Source: Methylorubrum extorquens (GTDB lineage Bacteria > Pseudomonadota > Alphaproteobacteria > Rhizobiales > Beijerinckiaceae). Taken from it: 32,000 nt of DNA. Position 1 is the stretch's first letter, and every line of letters begins with the position of its first letter. Position numbers and translations under genes: made by a program. The notes beneath the pieces are model-generated. The model had not been told where the DNA came from, did no database searches, and saw nothing but the letters and a program-made list of their open reading frames with translations. Shown here piece after piece: positions 27,621 through 32,000 of this stretch. The stretch is from the NCBI GenBank assembly GCA_900234795.1, contig LT962688.1, forward strand, positions 2,730,001 to 2,762,000, written 5' to 3'.

Positions 27621-27657
27621 CGTCCGCCGTCAGTGCTGCTCGGCCAGCACGCGGACG
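27621..27657 (+). terminator. Compound GC-rich stem-loop downstream of queF (possible terminator)
   Basis: Outer stem CGTCCGC/GCGGACG enclosing inner stem GTGCTG-ctcggc-CAGCAC. It starts 10 nt after the queF stop. No U-tract. Confidence 0.3.
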
Positions 27658-27677
27658 GTGCGCGCGATGAAGGGCTC

Positions 27678-27878
27678 CTAGGCCTCGATCGGCCCGCCAT
27701 GAATGACGGCGACGGCTTCCAGCATCCGCTCCAGATCATCGCGCTCGGAGGCGTCGAGCTTGTCCCGCAGAAGCGGCGCGAGGTGATCGAGGGCCGTATT
27801 GCCGTCGGCGGGGGGGGTGCAATCCCGGCGTGTCTCACGATTCTCGTTCGCCGCGAATTCTCGCGCGATCTCAGGCAT
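27678..27878 (-). CDS. Hypothetical small acidic protein (doubtful)
   Basis: 66-aa ORF with reasonable GC3. However, its ATG lies only about 12 nt downstream of the terminator T-tract of the upstream gene, which leaves no promoter space. Confidence 0.25.
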   Translation of the reverse strand: MPEIAREFAANENRETRRDCTPPADGNTALDHLAPLLRDKLDASERDDLERMLEAVAVIHGGPIEA

Positions 27879-27889
27879 AACCGCGCACG

Positions 27890-27917
27890 AAAAAGGCGGC
27901 CGGTTGCCCGGCCGCCT
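27890..27917 (-). terminator. Rho-independent terminator of the Gly/Tyr-rich protein gene
   Basis: The minus strand reads GGCGGCCGG-gcaa-CCGGCCGCC followed by TTTTT, beginning about 25 nt after the stop at 27942. Confidence 0.65.
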
Positions 27918-27941
27918 CTTCGCATCGGATGAGGCTCGGCC

Positions 27942-28253
27942 TCAGTAGCCGTAGTCGTAATAGCCACCGCCGTAGGCCGGACGGCCGTAGTAGCTGTCGC
28001 GGGCATAGGCGTCGCGCGCCGCGCCAGCAGCGATCGCGCCGGCTGCGAGACCCGCAATGCCGAGGCCCACGGCCGCGCCGGTGCCGATGCCACGGCGGCG
28101 ACCGCCGTAATAGGCGCGCGGGCCGTAGCCGCCGCCATGATAATGACCGTAATGGTGGCCGTAGCCGCGGCCGTAGGGGCGCGCATCGGCGGATGTGGCG
28201 GTGAGAGTGCCGACGGAGATCAGGGCGGCGGTCACAAGGGCAAGCTTACGCAT
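27942..28253 (-). CDS. Secreted Gly/Tyr/His-rich small protein with central glycine-zipper segment
   Basis: Signal peptide MRKLALVTAALISVGTLTATSADA. Then YGRGYGHHYGHYHGGGYG, a hydrophobic GIGTGAAVGLGIAGLAAGAIAAGAA segment, and a C-terminal YYGRPAYGGGYYDYGY. Confidence 0.6.
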   Translation of the reverse strand: MRKLALVTAALISVGTLTATSADARPYGRGYGHHYGHYHGGGYGPRAYYGGRRRGIGTGAAVGLGIAGLAAGAIAAGAARDAYARDSYYGRPAYGGGYYDYGY

Positions 28254-28341
28254 AGCGTCCTTTCCAATCCAGAAGCATCTTTGCGGTCAAACACCCGAGC
28301 TTTGCCGGAAGTTCCCGCGGGCTCCGATCAGGATCGAAGCC

Positions 28342-29280
28342 TCACGCGGAGCCGCGTTGTTCTCGATTGCAGTCGAATATCGCCCAGGTTGCCTGAATGG
28401 AATCTGAAGCCGGTGCGTTCGCGCCGGCTTTACGCTTTTTGGCGAGACGGTCGAACGCCATGAGGGTCTCGATCAGAGCGGGCAGATCGGCCAAGGCCAC
28501 CATGTTCGGCCCGTCGGAGGGCGCGCGGTCAGGATCGGAATGGGTCTCGATGAACACGCCCGCCACGCCGACCGCCACCGCGGCGCGGGCGAGCACCGCC
28601 ACGAACTCCCTCTGCCCGCCGGAGGTGGCACCCTGCCCGCCCGGCTGCTGCACCGAGTGCGTCGCGTCGAACACCACCGGTGCGCCGCCGGTGACGCGGG
28701 CCATGATCGGCAGCGAGCGCATGTCGGAGACGAGCGTGTTGTAGCCGAAGGAGGCGCCGCGCTCGGTGACGATGACGTTGGGGTTGCCGGCCTCGGTCAC
28801 CTTGGCCGCGACATGGGCCATATCCCAGGGTGCGAGGAACTGCCCCTTCTTGACGTTGACCGCCCGCCCGGTGGCGGCGGCGGCGAGCAGGAGGTCGGTC
28901 TGGCGGCAGAGGAAGGCCGGGATCTGCAGGATGTCGACGGCTTGCGCCGCCCGCGCACAGTGCTCGGCCTCGTGCACGTCTGTGAGTACGGGAAGCCCGA
29001 GGCTCTCGCGGATTTCGGCGAAGACCGGAAGCGCCTCGTCGAGGCCGACGCCCCGGGCGGTGCGGCCGGAGGTTCGGTTGGCTTTGTCGAAGGACGACTT
29101 GAACACGAGGCCGATGCCGAGCTTGGCCGCCATCTCCTTGAGAGCGGCAGCGATTTCGAGGGCGTGATTTCGCCCTTCGAGCTGGCACGGGCCGGCGATC
29201 AGCGCCAGCGGCAGATGGTTGGCGAAGGCGACGCCGCCGGTCTGGACGACGGAACCGGAAGTCTGTGCGGTCTCGGGCAT
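28342..29280 (-). CDS. kdsA: 3-deoxy-8-phosphooctulonate (KDO-8-P) synthase
   Basis: Start at internal ATG (MPETAQTSG...). LIAGPCQLE, FKSSFDKANRTS, LTDVHE, ILQIPAFLCRQTDLL, NVKKGQF, TERGASFGYN, FDATHSVQ. Confidence 0.9.
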   Translation of the reverse strand: MPETAQTSGSVVQTGGVAFANHLPLALIAGPCQLEGRNHALEIAAALKEMAAKLGIGLVFKSSFDKANRTSGRTARGVGLDEALPVFAEIRESLGLPVLTDVHEAEHCARAAQAVDILQIPAFLCRQTDLLLAAAATGRAVNVKKGQFLAPWDMAHVAAKVTEAGNPNVIVTERGASFGYNTLVSDMRSLPIMARVTGGAPVVFDATHSVQQPGGQGATSGGQREFVAVLARAAVAVGVAGVFIETHSDPDRAPSDGPNMVALADLPALIETLMAFDRLAKKRKAGANAPASDSIQATWAIFDCNREQRGSA

Positions 29281-29290
29281 GGTGCCCGCT

Positions 29291-29779
29291 CTAGCCCGGC
29301 GACGCCGCGCGGGAAAGACCGCGGCGGGGCCGGTCCGCCGCCAGGCGGCACAGGCTGCCGACACCGAAGCCGTCCGGCCGGTCGCCGGGATCGCAGCGGA
29401 CCACCGCGCCGCCGACGCGGCCGAGCTGCGGCGCGCCGGTGAGCAGGCTGTCCTGGTGCAGGCGCTGGGCAAGCGTCTCGACGGAATCGGCCGATGCGCC
29501 GGACAGCACTCGCGCGGCGAGCCCGATCAGCACGAAGAACCCGCGCGGCGGCTCGCGAAAATTCGAGCGGAACGCGAGCCGCCGCGGCGTGTCGCAATCG
29601 AGACTCATCCGGTCGGCGTCGGCGGCGCGGAACACGACGGTGGCGCCGCTCCGTCCGGCCAGGGCGACGCCCGTTCCCCGGATCAACCGCACGGTCAGCC
29701 CATCGCAGGAATCCGCTTGCGCCGCCGTGCCGAGGGCGAAAACGAGGGCAAGGCCAGCGAAAAGGGCGCGCAGGGTCAT
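29291..29779 (-). CDS. Hypothetical exported protein
   Basis: Start at internal ATG giving signal peptide MTLRALFAGLALVFALGTAAQA. Four Cys in the mature part. No recognised motif. Ends 10 nt upstream of the kdsA start. Confidence 0.5.
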   Translation of the reverse strand: MTLRALFAGLALVFALGTAAQADSCDGLTVRLIRGTGVALAGRSGATVVFRAADADRMSLDCDTPRRLAFRSNFREPPRGFFVLIGLAARVLSGASADSVETLAQRLHQDSLLTGAPQLGRVGGAVVRCDPGDRPDGFGVGSLCRLAADRPRRGLSRAASPG

Positions 29780-29807
29780 GCCGCGATCCATAGCACGGGC
29801 GCGCCGC

Positions 29808-31751
29808 TCAAGCCGCTTCACCGAGCATGGCGCGTCGTTGCCGGTCCAACTCTTCGCTGTAGCGCTTCAGCGTGTGGCTCTCGGTCAGCAATCCGATCAC
29901 GCGGCGGCTCTGCCGATCGCTGAGCACGGCGAGTTCCTCACTCTCGGCCTCATCGAACGCTTCCGCCGCCTGCTTGACGGTCATGTCGGCGAGCAGAAAC
30001 GATCCTGGGTAACGCACGACGTCGGCGAGGTGCGGCGTCTCGCCCCCATTCTCGGCCGCACGCGCATGGGCCTCCGGCACGAGGACGATTCCGGCATAGC
30101 GATCGTGCTCGTCCACCACGACGACGCGCGACGGCGAGCCGAGGGGATGTGCGCGCAGGAACGTCGCCATCGGCGTGTCGAGGGGCACCGGACGGATGTC
30201 CTTGCGCATCATCCGCCCGACCGTCAGGGAGCGCATCCAGCCGACATCGTGGGCGCTGCGGATGCTCTCGCCGCGCAAGTGGAAGCGCCACGTGGCGAAG
30301 GAGTAGCCGAAGGTTTTCCGCACCGTGAGCGAGGAGGCGATCACGGAGGCGAGCACGAGCCCGGTCACGGGGAAGCTGCCCGTCATCTCCAGGGCGAGGA
30401 AGGTCATGGTGAGCGGACCGCCGACGATGGCGACGGCGAAGGCGCTCATGCCGATCACGGCATAGCCGACCGGCGCGAGGCCGAACCCCTCGAAGCCGGG
30501 CCAGACCATCGGCGCGAGCCCCGCGAACAGACGGCCGACCAGCGCGCCGAGAAACAGCGATGCGAAGAACAGGCCGCCGCGGAAGCCCGATCCGATCGAC
30601 ATCGCGGAGGCTGCGGCCTTGGCGACGATGAGGCCGGCGAGCGCACCGAGCCCCGCCGCCGCCTCGGGTGCGAGGGTGATATGGAGCGCGCCGTGCCCGG
30701 CCGAGAGCACCTGAGGGGTCGTCGCGAGCGCGAGGCCGCCGACGCATAGGCCACCGAGAACGGGCCGCAGGGGTGCAGGCAAGCGTGAGGCACGAAAGCC
30801 TTGCTCCACCAGCGTTACGCCCCGCATCAGCAGCACCGCGAGGCCGGCGCAGACGAGGCCAAGGACGAGACACGGCAGCGTGTCGCCCGCCCCCAAAGCC
30901 GTAATTTTGGCCAGCGCCAGAGCGCCGACATCGACCAAAGCCGGCTGGGGCGCGAGTGCCCGTGCCACGAGGCTGCCGCACAGCGCCGCGACGACGACGG
31001 GGGCGAGCGTCGCGATGGTGTAGGTGCCGATGATGAGTTCAAACGCGTAAAAGGCGCCGGTCAGCGGCGAGCCGAACGCGGCGGCAATGGCGGCTGCCGA
31101 GCCGCAGCCGACCAAAGTGCGCAGGTCCGAACGCCGCATCTCGAAGGCGATGCCGAGCCGCGAGGCGATCCCCGACGCGACCTGGGTGTAGCCGGCCTCA
31201 AGCCCTACCGAGGCGCCGCAGCCGTTCGAGACCACGTTCTGTGCCGCCACGTCGAGGGAGCCGCGCAGCGACATCCGCCCGCCGTGCAGGGCATTGGCCT
31301 CGATCGGATCGACCACGGCGCGCTTGGCCTTGCCGCGCCCCCTCGTCGCGATCACGAGCAGCAGGCCGAGAATCGCGCCGCCGAGCGCCGGAGCCAGGAA
31401 TGGGGCCCCCATCAGCCCCTCGGTCGGAAGATCCGTCAGGCTACTGAGGCGCTGGCCCGCGGGAAGCCGATAGAGGATTTCGCGCAGGAACTGGCTGGCG
31501 CCGCTCATGGCGACGACGACGAGCCCCCCGACGCATCCCGTGACGGCCGCGAGCCCCACCAGGGCAATCTCGTTCCCCCGCACCCAGGCCCGAAGCCGCA
31601 CCGGTGCCTGGACGAGCGGGGCGGTGGTGGGCGGAGACGGAGACGGGCTCATCGCACTCGCGGAGGCTGGGTCCGGATCGCAGGCCATAGCGGCCATGCG
31701 CCCGCCGTCTAGCATCGGTGGATCGATGGCGCGAACCGCGAAGAGGCGCAT
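29808..31751 (-). CDS. ClC-family voltage-gated chloride channel/antiporter with C-terminal CBS pair
   Basis: Multiple TM segments with ClC selectivity motifs (GSGFRGG..F resembling GSGIPE/GxFxP contexts, GLEAGY, GTYT). The C-terminal about 140 aa resemble a CBS pair (VGRMMRKDIRPV..., VVVDEHDRYAGIV, VLSDRQSRRVIGLLT). The start is uncertain, with several in-frame ATGs between 31652 and 31751. Confidence 0.85.
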   Translation of the reverse strand: MRLFAVRAIDPPMLDGGRMAAMACDPDPASASAMSPSPSPPTTAPLVQAPVRLRAWVRGNEIALVGLAAVTGCVGGLVVVAMSGASQFLREILYRLPAGQRLSSLTDLPTEGLMGAPFLAPALGGAILGLLLVIATRGRGKAKRAVVDPIEANALHGGRMSLRGSLDVAAQNVVSNGCGASVGLEAGYTQVASGIASRLGIAFEMRRSDLRTLVGCGSAAAIAAAFGSPLTGAFYAFELIIGTYTIATLAPVVVAALCGSLVARALAPQPALVDVGALALAKITALGAGDTLPCLVLGLVCAGLAVLLMRGVTLVEQGFRASRLPAPLRPVLGGLCVGGLALATTPQVLSAGHGALHITLAPEAAAGLGALAGLIVAKAAASAMSIGSGFRGGLFFASLFLGALVGRLFAGLAPMVWPGFEGFGLAPVGYAVIGMSAFAVAIVGGPLTMTFLALEMTGSFPVTGLVLASVIASSLTVRKTFGYSFATWRFHLRGESIRSAHDVGWMRSLTVGRMMRKDIRPVPLDTPMATFLRAHPLGSPSRVVVVDEHDRYAGIVLVPEAHARAAENGGETPHLADVVRYPGSFLLADMTVKQAAEAFDEAESEELAVLSDRQSRRVIGLLTESHTLKRYSEELDRQRRAMLGEAA

Positions 31752-31800
31752 TCAAGACGCTTGAAATGCCGCGAGCCTCGGGATAAGTCCCCCCTCACGT

Positions 31801-31877
31801 GCCGCCGTAGCTCAGTTGGTTAGAGCACTAGATTGTGGATCTAGGGGTCCCCCGTTCGAGCCGGGGCGGTGGTACCA
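31801..31877 (+). tRNA. tRNA-His (anticodon GTG)
   Basis: Hand-folded cloverleaf. Acceptor GCCGCCG/CGGTGGT (G1:U72, G4:U69), D-arm GCTC/GAGC, anticodon arm CTAGA-TTGTGGA-TCTAG (GTG at 31835-31837), 5-nt variable loop, T-arm CCCCG-TTCGAGC-CGGGG, A73, encoded CCA. Confidence 0.95.
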
Positions 31878-31896
31878 TCGAATTTCGTATGGTTGG

Positions 31897-31932
31897 GAAG
31901 GGGTTGGCGCTGAGCCAGCCCCTTCTTCGTTT
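31897..31932 (+). terminator. Hairpin terminator downstream of tRNA-His
   Basis: GAAGGGGTTGGC-gctga-GCCAGCCCCTTC (12-bp stem with one G:U), followed by the T-rich TTCGTTT. Confidence 0.55.
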
Positions 31933-32000
31933 GGGCCCGACGGATTGACCGGCGCTTGCGAGCCGGTCGGGTCCTCTTGCGAGACAAGCCGGGCTTCCCC

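Noticed and set aside
28342-28440. KdsA appears to carry roughly 18 extra C-terminal residues relative to E. coli KdsA (tail ...KKRKAGANAPASDSIQATWAIFDCNREQRGSA).
   Set aside because: Length variation at KdsA C-termini is common. Without an alignment to close relatives I cannot tell whether this is a genuine extension or a shifted stop. Not interesting enough to report as a finding.
29281-29472. 64-aa N-terminal extension of the kdsA ORF.
   Set aside because: It is an Ala/Arg/Ser-rich open frame that overlaps the upstream exported-protein gene. KdsA homology begins at MPETAQ... (29280).

Overview
High-GC chromosomal segment, by gene content and order an alphaproteobacterium, probably Rhizobiales. 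Most of it is conserved housekeeping. On the minus strand there is an eno-ftsB-pdhA-pdhB-(small ORF)-pdhC-lpd block, lipA with a RatA/COQ10-like gene, kdsA, a ClC channel, an L,D-transpeptidase and a SleB-like hydrolase. On the plus strand there are queF, a PQQ-type sugar dehydrogenase and a tRNA-His. A divergent ocd/lrp pair is also present. The exception is about 3.35-10.1 kb, a visibly lower-GC, mosaic accessory island. It carries a tight eight-gene plus-strand operon (3784-9842): stand-alone DltA-like adenylation enzyme, GNAT protein, DltC-like carrier protein, KASIII (FabH-like) condensing enzyme, second ACP, two SDR reductases, and a NeuD/PglD-type left-handed beta-helix acyltransferase. 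Upstream of it are a TPR + GT41 (OGT/SPINDLY-like) glycosyltransferase, a short phosphatase-like ORF and the 3' end of an ABC exporter gene. Its right edge is a truncated IS3-type transposase remnant that abuts the ocd stop codon. I read the operon as a carrier-protein-based cassette that builds an unusual, possibly amino-acid-primed, 3-hydroxyacyl group and transfers it to an amino sugar or glycoconjugate. No sugar-nucleotide genes lie within the island itself (about 3.35-10.1 kb), so the acceptor is unknown. No CRISPR array, intact mobile element or rRNA was seen. All calls rest on motif recognition by eye and the supplied ORF track. No database search was run.
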